The notes: generated by a model not told the origin, from the sequence alone. 64,000 nt of DNA from Clostridia bacterium (GCA_018432615.1 JAHDSQ010000002.1:31054-95053); one strand, 5' to 3'; counted from the stretch's first letter, positions 1-8,635 are shown. A program made the numbers and translations.

Positions 1-682
1 GATCCTTTTCTGTAGAGGCATATACAAGCAAGACCGGGCATTTTATCTGTGGAAATACGGCTTCATGGTCATAATAGAAAATACTCTCCAGATCACTTCC
101 AACACTGTCCCGTCTTCCTTTATACCTAAATCCACTTCCTTCATCTCTTTGTATTTCATATAAAACTGAGGTCTTAAGATATTCTGTCCAATCTACTCCC
201 ATAGCCTCATATGCTAATTTTGTGTAAGAAATATATTCATCCTTTGAGGAAAAAGATCTCTCAAGTCTTTTCATTATTACTTTTAGGTTTTCACGATGTC
301 CCTCGGGTATATCTCCTCCCCCGTCCAGCATAACCAGGCCTTTAACATCTCGGTATTTGCTGGCGGCTTGTGCTGCAATAAATGCTCCCAATGAATACCC
401 AATCAGAAACGGATTTTCAGCCTTCATAACTGGTAACATCTCGATTAAATCCTGCGCATGTGTCTCGTAGGTTGAATCTGATTCTGCCGGAGAACTATCG
501 CCCCTACCTCTAAGATCATAAGTAATAAACCGATAATTCGGAGAGAATTCTTCCCCCAAGGCTCGTAAAGTATACATATTACCTGTTAAACCATGGATTC
601 CTACGATAGGATATTTCCCATCGGACCATTCCGCGACTTGGAAACAATGATTTCCGGTATTTACGAAATATGTATTTTGCAT
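1..682 (-). CDS. alpha/beta-fold hydrolase (C-terminal part lies outside the window)
   Basis: Absent from the ORF track because it runs off the window edge. Minus-strand ATG at 682-680 is preceded by GGAGGT. My translation MQNTYFVNTGNHCFQVAEWSDGKYPIVGIHGLTGN...FLIGYSLGAF shows an HG oxyanion motif and a G-x-S-x-G nucleophile elbow. Confidence 0.7.
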   Translation of the reverse strand, partial: MQNTYFVNTGNHCFQVAEWSDGKYPIVGIHGLTGNMYTLRALGEEFSPNYRFITYDLRGRGDSSPAESDSTYETHAQDLIEMLPVMKAENPFLIGYSLGAFIAAQAASKYRDVKGLVMLDGGGDIPEGHRENLKVIMKRLERSFSSKDEYISYTKLAYEAMGVDWTEYLKTSVLYEIQRDEGSGFRYKGRRDSVGSDLESIFYYDHEAVFPQIKCPVLLVYASTEKD

Positions 683-740
683 ATTAACCTCCATCCCCTC
701 TTTGTATGATTATATAATGATTTCCAAGATATATAAAAGA

Positions 741-775
741 GCCAGCTGAAAAACTGGCCGGCCTTTTATATATCT
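741..775 (-). terminator. weak candidate intrinsic terminator after the symporter gene
   Basis: GCCAG/CTGGC stem (741-745 / 754-758) next to GGCCGGCC, followed on the minus strand by TCTTTTATATAT. The stem is short. Confidence 0.3.
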
Positions 776-782
776 CTTTTAC

Positions 783-2183
783 CTAATTTTCGTTACCTCT
801 AATCCTCTTCCAACGATCCTCCGATATTGGTTCATCAATGCATCCTATGGCTAATCCTAGAAAACCAAGGATCAAACCAGGAATTAACGAATGTAATCCC
901 CAAGGACAATGCAGCACAAACTGCCAAATAACCGTGGCACCTCCGCCAAGAATAATACTCCAAAATCCTCCTCTCGCCCCGGGTCTTTTCCACAATAACC
1001 CACCATACAGAGGAATACACATTAGTGTAACCATTGAGAAAGCGAAAACTAAAGAATTGATAAGATTAGGCATGGCCTTTGTCATGACATAAGCCAATAT
1101 GCCAATTCCAATGGTCGCAACCCTTCCCCATTTTAACAATTCTTTTTCAGCAAATACTTTTTCAGGGAATGATGTTTCCAATAGGTCTTTTACTACGTTC
1201 ATACTAACACTAATCAAAAGACTATTTACTGTTGTCAAAATAGCTCCTATGATTATAGCTACATATAAAGCCCCAGCCCATGATGGAAGTACATTAGCTA
1301 TAACCTGTCCCATTACCTCACCGGAACTAATCCCAGGGCCAAGCAGGAAGTGAGCGCTATAACCGACAAGGGGCATCACGATCCCCAGCAAAAGTATTAC
1401 TGTTCCTAAATGGATATATGTTGCTTTCTTAGCATCCTTGGGCGTTCTAGCCGCATTAATCCTGGATACAAACTGGGATTGGCTGCCCAAAAATACACCC
1501 ATAAGTGATACAACATTACCAAAAATAGTTATTTTCGGTAACGTAGCTAAGGGCTTAGTATAATTTAGCGGCAGAGTACTCCACTCTGAGAAACCACCTG
1601 CTTTAGCAAATACAAGACTACCTACAATAGTAATGCCACCTAATAAGAACACTGCTTGAATTGCATCTGTAATAGCGACGCCAATCAGACCACCAAACAT
1701 GGTCGTAACGATAAAAATAACGGTACCTACTATACTACCAACTTCCTGATTAAGACCTAAAAAGCCTGACAATGTGCCGGAGAATGCTAATATTTGAGAG
1801 CATATCATGGCAATATCGCCTACAATTATCAGCGCCGCAGCAGCGATCCTTGCTTTCCGGTTAAACCTTAATTCGATCATTTCTGGCACTGTATAAGAGT
1901 TCATCGCACGCAATTTTTCTGCGATAAATAGTACCACGATCAACTCTGCAATAATTGCACCTATAGACATAAAATACCAATCAATGCCTATGGCATAAAA
2001 TGCTCCCGGAAAACCGATTACGGCACCTCCACCAATACCGGTTGAAGCCAGCCCTAAACCCACTACATACCAAGGAAGAGTCCTGCCTGCCAGAAAATAG
2101 TCTTCCGATGATTTAACCCGCTTACTGAGATATATTGTTAACCCACATATTAAAACTAGATAAATAATAATTAATGCTGCCAT
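783..2183 (-). CDS. sodium:solute symporter (SSS) family transporter
   Basis: 466-aa polytopic membrane ORF with SSS-like N-terminus (SSEDYFLAGRTLPWYVVGLGLASTGIGGG). GAGGAG RBS 7 nt upstream of the ATG. Confidence 0.8.
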   Translation of the reverse strand: MAALIIIYLVLICGLTIYLSKRVKSSEDYFLAGRTLPWYVVGLGLASTGIGGGAVIGFPGAFYAIGIDWYFMSIGAIIAELIVVLFIAEKLRAMNSYTVPEMIELRFNRKARIAAAALIIVGDIAMICSQILAFSGTLSGFLGLNQEVGSIVGTVIFIVTTMFGGLIGVAITDAIQAVFLLGGITIVGSLVFAKAGGFSEWSTLPLNYTKPLATLPKITIFGNVVSLMGVFLGSQSQFVSRINAARTPKDAKKATYIHLGTVILLLGIVMPLVGYSAHFLLGPGISSGEVMGQVIANVLPSWAGALYVAIIIGAILTTVNSLLISVSMNVVKDLLETSFPEKVFAEKELLKWGRVATIGIGILAYVMTKAMPNLINSLVFAFSMVTLMCIPLYGGLLWKRPGARGGFWSIILGGGATVIWQFVLHCPWGLHSLIPGLILGFLGLAIGCIDEPISEDRWKRIRGNEN

Positions 2184-2283
2184 TTCACCACTCTCCTCTT
2201 AAGAATTCTATAAATATACAAAACTAATTGAATCGTTAGTCTGGTATTCCTAAATTCCCTCCCTTCATCATAAGCACTGGTTA

Positions 2284-3441
2284 TCAGTAGGTAATGCCCG
2301 TCTTATATATAGAGAATTCCTGATGCCCCAATTCTTCTGCTTTGGTCTTTTTACCATTGGCAACATCGACAATTTCCCGGAAAACAGACTGTCCCATTTC
2401 TTTAATAGTCTTTCTCCCTTCAATGATCGTCGAGACATTCAGGTCAATATTGTCTGACATTTTTTCATAAGTTTGTCTGTTGCCTGTGACCTTAATCACG
2501 GGCACAAGTGGATTCCCTGTGGGTGTACCACGGCCTGTTGTAAATACTATGATCTGTGCGCCTCCTGCTACCATGCCGGTTATAGAGACTACGTCCTGTC
2601 CAGGAGTATCCATGATATATAAGCCCTTGCCAGGAGGTATCGCAGCATACTGCAATATATCCTGAATAGGAGCAGAACCCGCCTTATGGCTACAACCCAG
2701 GGATTTTTCCTCAATGCTCGTTAATCCACCCTCAATATTTCCCGGAGTAGGCTGGCTACCTCTGAGATCCTGTCCCTGCATTTTAGCTCTTTCCTCACAA
2801 TCCTTAACAATTTTGATCAGTCGTTGACCCACGGTAGGATCAACAGCTCTTTTTGCTAATATATGTTCTGCTCCAATAAACTCGGTGGTTTCAGAAAGAA
2901 TGGATGTACCTCCCTCTGCCAGCAGCATATCCGAAGCAACACCTACGGCAGGATTGGAAGCTAACCCTGATGTGGTATCAGAGCCGCCGCATTCCATGCC
3001 CAGTGTCAACTCACTAATGTCACATTCCTCTTTAACCATCTTAGAAAGGTCCTGAGCATACCGATTGGCTATCTCGACACCTTTGCGAATAGCTCCAACC
3101 GTTCCGCCTTCTTTTTGGATCACCAAGACTGAAACTGGTATGCCTGTTGCCTGCAAGGGTTCAAAAACATTAAGGGGTTCAAGGCCTTCACAACCAAGAG
3201 CTACAATGATGACAGCTCCCACATTGGGATTCATTCCTGTATTGACTAAAGTATCAAATGTGGTCTGGTAATCATTCCCAATTTGACAGCAGCCGTAGCA
3301 ATTGTTCACTGCCCTACAGCCCTCTACTTTATTGGCTATATCAAACGCCACCTTAGTGGCGCAAATACTGGTGGGAAGTATCAAAACATAGTTTCTGATG
3401 CCAACTTTCCCATTTGGTCTTCGATATCCATTGAATTTCAC
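2284..3441 (-). CDS. UxaA-family hydrolyase/lyase, large subunit (altronate/galactarate dehydratase C-terminal domain; SuyB-like)
   Basis: 385 aa starting MKFNGYRRPNGKVGIRNYVLILPTSICA..., typical of the UxaA/GarD C-terminal domain. GTG start overlaps the stop of the upstream small ORF (GTGA). Confidence 0.8.
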   Translation of the reverse strand: MKFNGYRRPNGKVGIRNYVLILPTSICATKVAFDIANKVEGCRAVNNCYGCCQIGNDYQTTFDTLVNTGMNPNVGAVIIVALGCEGLEPLNVFEPLQATGIPVSVLVIQKEGGTVGAIRKGVEIANRYAQDLSKMVKEECDISELTLGMECGGSDTTSGLASNPAVGVASDMLLAEGGTSILSETTEFIGAEHILAKRAVDPTVGQRLIKIVKDCEERAKMQGQDLRGSQPTPGNIEGGLTSIEEKSLGCSHKAGSAPIQDILQYAAIPPGKGLYIMDTPGQDVVSITGMVAGGAQIIVFTTGRGTPTGNPLVPVIKVTGNRQTYEKMSDNIDLNVSTIIEGRKTIKEMGQSVFREIVDVANGKKTKAEELGHQEFSIYKTGITY

Positions 3442-3755
3442 TCTTCACAGCTCCTCCGTGACTTTTTGTATAAATCCCCACGACCTCTCTGGCTTTTCAC
3501 ATTATGCACATGGGTATGTTCCCCTACTGCAATATCAGCAATTGCTATGCCAATGTTCTCGCCATATTTAACAACATTCTCTCCCTTCTTAATATCCCGG
3601 ATAGCAAACTTGTGGCCAAAAGCAATGTCTCCAACAACCGATATCTCAATTGTCCTGTCGCCAACATACATACTTACAATGCTTCCTTTTTGTAAAGCTT
3701 CTGTTGCCGTGGCTACATTATCATTTTCATTAATCACAACTGCTCCTTTACCCAT
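3438..3755 (-). CDS. SAF-domain small subunit of the UxaA-family enzyme (SuyA-like)
   Basis: The track ORF 3438-3950 is over-extended. The internal ATG at 3755-3753 is preceded by GGGAGGG. The product MGKGAVVINENDNVATATEALQKGS...GEHTHVHNV matches the SAF / UxaA N-terminal domain. The extension would run through a terminator and a promoter. Confidence 0.75.
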   Translation of the reverse strand: MGKGAVVINENDNVATATEALQKGSIVSMYVGDRTIEISVVGDIAFGHKFAIRDIKKGENVVKYGENIGIAIADIAVGEHTHVHNVKSQRGRGDLYKKSRRSCEE

Positions 3756-3800
3756 TCGTTCCAAATCCCTCCCTACACTTTTCTTATCTTTTATACGTAT

Positions 3801-3818
3801 ATGCAAACCACATGCCAA
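3801..3818 (-). promoter_or_regulatory. sigma-54 (-24/-12) promoter
   Basis: The minus strand reads TTGGCATGTGGTTTGCATAT. The GG and GC elements have canonical spacing (TGGCAT-N5-TTGCA). It lies about 45 nt upstream of the SAF-subunit start and directly downstream of a sigma-54 activator gene. Confidence 0.8.
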
Positions 3819-3861
3819 CAACAAACACCTATAATCCCTATATAAATCAGGTAATATACTG

Positions 3862-3910
3862 CAAAAAACAACAAGACTGCTGTAATATACAGCAGTCTTG
3901 TTGTTTTTTG
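3862..3910. terminator. 49-bp perfect palindrome (23-bp stem, 3-nt loop) acting as intrinsic terminator of the activator gene
   Basis: CAAAAAACAACAAGACTGCTGTA-ATA-TACAGCAGTCTTGTTGTTTTTTG. The A/T runs are part of the stem, giving a bidirectional design. Confidence 0.7.
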
Positions 3911-3918
3911 CAGCAGTC

Positions 3919-4878
3919 TTATCTTGCAGAGTTCTTAATATACCGCTCAATAGTCGATCTATCTATACCCAATCTCCTGGCAGTGTTGCTTTTATTATAA
4001 TTCTCTTGTCGAAGTACTTTGTGAATTACCTTCTCTTTGATTTCCAGCATAGTTCCAGATAGTATATCCTCCAGTTGGGTCTGTGTAGTATCATTTAAAG
4101 AACTCAGTTCTTGTACGATAAAACTAATGGACTCCATAGTGATATAATCACTTTTGGCAGTAAGCACTATCCTTTCCAGCACGTTTTTAAGTTCCCTGAT
4201 ATTTCCGGGAAACTGGTATTCTTTAAGAAAATCAAGAACCTCAGAAGAAAGATGTTCTATTTGACGTCCATATAATTCGTTATATTTTCTAATATAATAT
4301 AAAGCCAAGTACTCAATGTCTGCTTTCATTTCCCTTAGGGGTATGGTTCTCAAGTGAAGGACATTCAGACGGTAATAAAGATCGATCCTGAACTGTCCCT
4401 CATTGACCTTTTTCTTCAAATCAGCATTAGTTGCCGAAATAATCCTGATATTTACCGGAACTATTTTACTTGAACCTAATCGCATAACCTGTTTCTCTTC
4501 TAATACCCGCAAAAGACGGGCCTGTATATGATGATCCATTTCCCCTATTTCATCTAAAAATATCGTTCCTTTATGGGCCATTTCAAACAAACCCACTTTG
4601 CCGCCTTTTTTGGCACCTGTAAAAGCCCCCTCCTCATAACCAAAAAGCTCACTTTCTAAAAGCAGGGGTGGTAAAGCAGCACAATTAATAGCTAAAAACG
4701 GTTCTGAAACCCTCGAACTTTCTGCATGAATACTTTGAGCTAGTACTTCCTTCCCCGTACCGCTTTCACCTTCAATCAAAATAGTAGCATCGGTTCGAGC
4801 ATATTCTTTAGCCACTTCAATCAGCTTTTTCATTCTGGGATCACAGGTCAAAATATCCCGGAAGGAATATCTCGCCAA
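3919..4878 (-). CDS. sigma-54-dependent activator, C-terminal half (AAA+ sigma-54 interaction domain plus Fis-type HTH); downstream part of a frameshifted gene
   Basis: Walker A GESGTGKE, GAFTGA motif (EEGAFTGAKK), C-terminal HTH (NKSNTARRLGIDRSTIERYI). The only available start is TTG, with a weak RBS. Confidence 0.8.
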   Translation of the reverse strand: MARYSFRDILTCDPRMKKLIEVAKEYARTDATILIEGESGTGKEVLAQSIHAESSRVSEPFLAINCAALPPLLLESELFGYEEGAFTGAKKGGKVGLFEMAHKGTIFLDEIGEMDHHIQARLLRVLEEKQVMRLGSSKIVPVNIRIISATNADLKKKVNEGQFRIDLYYRLNVLHLRTIPLREMKADIEYLALYYIRKYNELYGRQIEHLSSEVLDFLKEYQFPGNIRELKNVLERIVLTAKSDYITMESISFIVQELSSLNDTTQTQLEDILSGTMLEIKEKVIHKVLRQENYNKSNTARRLGIDRSTIERYIKNSAR

Positions 4879-4904
4879 CAGTCCTTTGCTGTGTAGCTTT
4901 TCCC

Positions 4905-5837
4905 TTATTTTTTTTCTGCATCCTGAATTTCAGCTATTTCCTGGAAAGTTACCACCACACCTTTGATCCCTCCATCAACCACAATGGGGATCGTGTTGGT
5001 CATAATCGTACTAGTGTTCAATTCCTGGATTTGCTGGATTTCAGGCATTCCCGTTTTCAGGACATTGTTGATCCGCGTCATGAGAGTTATTTCTGCTATG
5101 TTTTTACCCAAAGCTTCTTCTTTTTTTACCAGAAATACTTTTTCGGCCAAAGGATTCAGGAAGGTAATGGTTCCCTTTTCATTAGCAACCACTATCCCGT
5201 CATGAACAAAATCAAGTACCGCCTGAAATCTTTTTCTTTTTTCTTTTTCCTGCTCGGTGATACGCAGGATTTGTATAGCCTCTTCAAAAGCCTGTATCAC
5301 AGCCTCCAAGCCCGATGTTATTAATCTGACCTCCAAATTCCTCAGCTTCAGATTCTTGATTACGGTATCACCAATGATAATACGTATCCCATTTTGAGCA
5401 ATTATTTCATCAACGTCTTTTTGTACTGCAGTCCAATTGACACTCTCTGCATCACTAAGAACATACTCTTTAATGGGAATATTCATAATTCCCGCGATAC
5501 TACGACAACCCGTAACTACATTTTGATAACCGACAATACCAATCGGGGCAGTGGTTTCACGAAAACTGTACAGTACCTTTAAAATATCATATCCTGACAC
5601 CTTAATCTCTACCACAGGAATGTCCACTTCTCTTCTGATCGAGGAAGCAGTACCACCTCTGCTGATAATAACTTTTGTCTTCTTCCGCAAAACCTCATGA
5701 GCAACCATAATCCCGTTTTCCAGATTGCCGGGTTTGATCTGTATGTCAGCACCCAGTATTCTATTAGCCTGCTTGCCAAGTTCAACCAGTTCCTGATAAG
5801 GAGCGATAAAACATACATGTTTATTCATATTTTTCAT
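4905..5837 (-). CDS. sigma-54-dependent activator, N-terminal half (PrpR_N sensor domain plus PAS); upstream part of a frameshifted gene
   Basis: PrpR-N-like VCFIAPYQELVELGK...VIISRGGTASSIRREVDIPVVEIKVSGYDILK followed by a PAS domain (FVHDGIVVANEKGTITFLNPLAEKVF). It stops right after an A8 run. Confidence 0.8.
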   Translation of the reverse strand: MKNMNKHVCFIAPYQELVELGKQANRILGADIQIKPGNLENGIMVAHEVLRKKTKVIISRGGTASSIRREVDIPVVEIKVSGYDILKVLYSFRETTAPIGIVGYQNVVTGCRSIAGIMNIPIKEYVLSDAESVNWTAVQKDVDEIIAQNGIRIIIGDTVIKNLKLRNLEVRLITSGLEAVIQAFEEAIQILRITEQEKEKRKRFQAVLDFVHDGIVVANEKGTITFLNPLAEKVFLVKKEEALGKNIAEITLMTRINNVLKTGMPEIQQIQELNTSTIMTNTIPIVVDGGIKGVVVTFQEIAEIQDAEKK

Positions 5838-5942
5838 CCTGACGTATGGTTTTAATCCCTTTAAATTATATCATAATACTTATTATAATTCAGTAGGAGG
5901 GCAGCCTGCAGCAATCTTTGATTGCGTTGTTGGGTGGGGTTC

Positions 5943-6185
5943 TCACTCCGCCTTATACAGTAAATTGTATTCTTTCCCCTTTATCTCATACAACCTCTCA
6001 ACATCTTCCGTAATGAGAGTATTCACATCACCCTCGTAAAAGAATTTTACCGCAGTGCCGCAGCTGGCACTGAGTTTCCTGGGAACAGCCTGCATCTGGC
6101 ATGATATCCCTCGGACAGCAGCAGCCCGGGAAAATTTTATTGCACCCGACTGGGTAAAAAACAAAGCCAAATATGACATGCTCAT
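5943..6185 (-). CDS. DUF3343-family protein (putative Se/S carrier-like)
   Basis: 80 aa. The pattern FFTQSGAIKFSRAAAVRGISCQMQAVPRKLSASCGTAVKF matches the DUF3343 signature (V-P-x-P/R-x-L-S-x-S-C-G). Confidence 0.65.
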   Translation of the reverse strand: MSMSYLALFFTQSGAIKFSRAAAVRGISCQMQAVPRKLSASCGTAVKFFYEGDVNTLITEDVERLYEIKGKEYNLLYKAE

Positions 6186-6408
6186 TTCATCCGCCTTTTC
6201 CCTGTATTTTCTCTGTAATAAGGTATTCTTCTCCTTGCCTCAAATACTCCTTTAATATATGCAATCAACATTGCACCTGCTACAATGCCCACTATACATA
6301 ATCCCCTATTCCTCCAACCTAGACAATTCTATGATATAATCTTCATTGTACTATAAATACTGTCACCTTCGCCATTATACCGTATAATATAGGGAGGAGC
6401 GTGAAAAA

Positions 6409-7569
6409 ATGAAGAATATCTATTTTGATAACGCCGCCACCTCCTTCCCTAAAGCACCGTTGGTGGCGGAAAGCATCAGTAATTTTCTAATCAATATCGG
6501 TGCAAATATCAACCGTGGAACATACGACAGTTCCTATACCGCAGCCGATACAGTCTATGAAACCCGCGAGCTTATCTGCTCGCTGTTCGGTTCTTCCCAG
6601 CCTACAAATGTCGTTTTTACTAAAAACGTTACCGAGAGCCTTAACATTCTTATTAAGGGATGCTTAAAAAGCGGAGATCATGTACTAATCTCCTCCCTTG
6701 AGCACAATGCGGTCATGAGGCCTCTGAACAACCTGCAAAAAAGAGGAATCGAATATACCAGAATAAGATGTAACGAGCAAGGCGCTCTAAACCCTGCCGA
6801 TGTTGCCGCCCACATTAAGCCACATACGAAAGCGGTCATTATGACCCACGCCTCTAATGTCTGTGGCACCATCTTGCCCCTGCAAAAGATAGGCAAGCTC
6901 TGTAAAGAAAATGGACTTACATTTATCATTGATGCCGCCCAAACCGCCGGCTTTCTGGATATTGATCTTCAGGAATACCATGCCGATGCCTTGGCTTTTA
7001 CCGGTCACAAAGGGCTCTTAGGACCGCAAGGCATTGGCGGAATGCTAGTGAATGACCGATTAGCCCAACAGCTTGAACCCTTTATCGAAGGTGGCACGGG
7101 CAGTATATCCGATTTGGAAGAACAACCCTCCTACCTGCCTGATAAATTTGAGGCCGGCACCTTGAATATCCCCGGTATTTACGGCTTAAATGCCGCCTTA
7201 AAATATATCCAAAGCACAGGCCTGTCCAATATTCGAGAAGAAGAACTCCAGCTAACAAATGCCTTCATCGAAGGCATTCAAAATCTGGACGGTCCCGCGT
7301 TATGCGGACTTCCCACTACTACGGGGCGCACCGCTTTGGTATCGTTGGATTTCACACGCTTAAAGCTTGATAACGCGGAGGTTGCTACTCTTTTGGCAAG
7401 AGAATTCCACATTGCCACCAGATGCGGCCTGCATTGTTCTCCCTCCGCCCACAAAACCTTGGGAACCTTTCCCCAAGGCACGATACGGTTCAGCTTTAGT
7501 CATTTCAATACAAAAAACGAAATTGAATATGCCCTTAACGCCATCCATAAAATTTGCAAGGGGTATTGA
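6409..7569 (+). CDS. class-V aminotransferase-fold cysteine desulfurase / selenocysteine lyase family protein
   Basis: 386 aa. PLP-lysine context FTGHKGLLGPQG and C-terminal RCGLHCSPSAH motif typical of the cysteine desulfurase family. GGGAGGAG RBS. selD lies immediately downstream. Confidence 0.8.
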   Translation: MKNIYFDNAATSFPKAPLVAESISNFLINIGANINRGTYDSSYTAADTVYETRELICSLFGSSQPTNVVFTKNVTESLNILIKGCLKSGDHVLISSLEHNAVMRPLNNLQKRGIEYTRIRCNEQGALNPADVAAHIKPHTKAVIMTHASNVCGTILPLQKIGKLCKENGLTFIIDAAQTAGFLDIDLQEYHADALAFTGHKGLLGPQGIGGMLVNDRLAQQLEPFIEGGTGSISDLEEQPSYLPDKFEAGTLNIPGIYGLNAALKYIQSTGLSNIREEELQLTNAFIEGIQNLDGPALCGLPTTTGRTALVSLDFTRLKLDNAEVATLLAREFHIATRCGLHCSPSAHKTLGTFPQGTIRFSFSHFNTKNEIEYALNAIHKICKGY

Positions 7570-7594
7570 AAGCATAAAAGGAGGTGGTAAGAAG

Positions 7595-8635
7595 ATGAAC
7601 AGGCCAATGATAAAAAGATTAACGGCAATGACAAAAGCCGCCGGGTGAGCGGCAAAAATAGAACCGGGTGTTCTATCAAAATTACTATGCCAATTACCAC
7701 AAATGAACGACCCAAACCTCCTGGTAGGTATCGAAACATCAGATGATGCCGCTGTCTACAAATTGGATGAAGAAAACGCCGTTATCCAGACCTTGGACTT
7801 CTTTACTCCCATAGTTGATGACCCCTATACCTTCGGACAAATAGCGGCAGCAAATGCCTTGAGCGATATTTATGCCATGGGCGGTAAGCCTTTGCTTGCT
7901 CTGAATATCGTCTGCTTTCCTTCCGACCTTCCCCTTGATATATTAGGACAGATCCTCCAAGGCGGGACAGAAAAGGTACTGGAAGCAGGGGCAGTGATTG
8001 CCGGCGGGCATTCCATTCAAGATAGCGAACCAAAATACGGACTTTCTGTGACAGGCCTCGTGCATCCGGATAAAATCCTGCGGAATTACGGGGCACAACC
8101 GGGCGACACCATCATTCTAACCAAACCCCTCGGTACCGGCATCATCAATACCGCCGCCAAGGGTGAAATGGCTTCTGCTAAAGCTCTGCAAAAGGCTATT
8201 AAAGTTATGTCGACCTTAAATAAATATGCGGCCGACATTATTGCCGACCGCGAAATCCATGCCTGTACCGATGTTACCGGTTTTGGACTGATGGGCCACG
8301 CTTATGAAATGGCTAAAGCCTCAAAAGTATCTCTAGCCTTCGAACAGGATAAAATACCCTTAATCGAAGAAGCCAAAGAATACGCGAACATGGGACTGAT
8401 CCCGGCAGGAGCTTACAACAATAAAAAGTATCTCGCAGGAAACTATACCTTCCGGGACGTCCCCCTCTGGTTTGAAGACATTATCTTCGACCCTCAAACC
8501 TCAGGTGGACTACTCTTAACCTGTCCTCCCGACGAAGCCGCTATAATCTTAAAGGAATTGGCAAGGCTTAAAATGCCCTCCGCTGCCATAGGCAAAGTCA
8601 TACCCTTGACAGATCCGCTCATAACCGTTTCCTGA
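7595..8635 (+). CDS. selD: selenide, water dikinase (selenophosphate synthetase), selenocysteine-containing: in-frame UGA at 7646-7648
   Basis: ATG 7595 (RBS AAAGGAGGTGG), TGA 7646 and track ORF 7703-8635 are all in one frame. The joined N-terminus MNRPMIKRLTAMTKAAG-U-AAKIEPGVLSKLL...DPNLLVGIETSDDAAVYKL aligns with E. coli SelD [21 protein letters not shown]...DPNLLVGNETRDDAAVYDL. The UGA falls at the position of catalytic Cys17, with the conserved Lys three residues later. Confidence 0.9.
7658..7676 (+). promoter_or_regulatory. candidate bacterial SECIS hairpin
   Basis: ATAGAAC-CGGGT-GTTCTAT: a 7-bp stem with a G-rich 5-nt loop. It starts 10 nt after the UGA at 7646-7648. Confidence 0.6.

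Noticed and set aside
3756-3950. N-terminal 65 codons of track ORF 3438-3950
   Set aside because: The extension would read through a 49-bp palindromic terminator and a sigma-54 promoter and would overlap the activator gene. The internal ATG at 3755 has a strong RBS and begins the conserved SAF domain.
6186-6300. Micro-ORFs upstream of the DUF3343 gene: a 15-aa Cys-rich MYSGHCSRCNVDCIY, and a 36-aa GTG-initiated hydrophobic ORF ending in ATGA overlap with DUF3343
   Set aside because: RBS spacing is poor (10 and 17 nt), the frames are very short, and I recognise no family. This cannot be supported from sequence alone.
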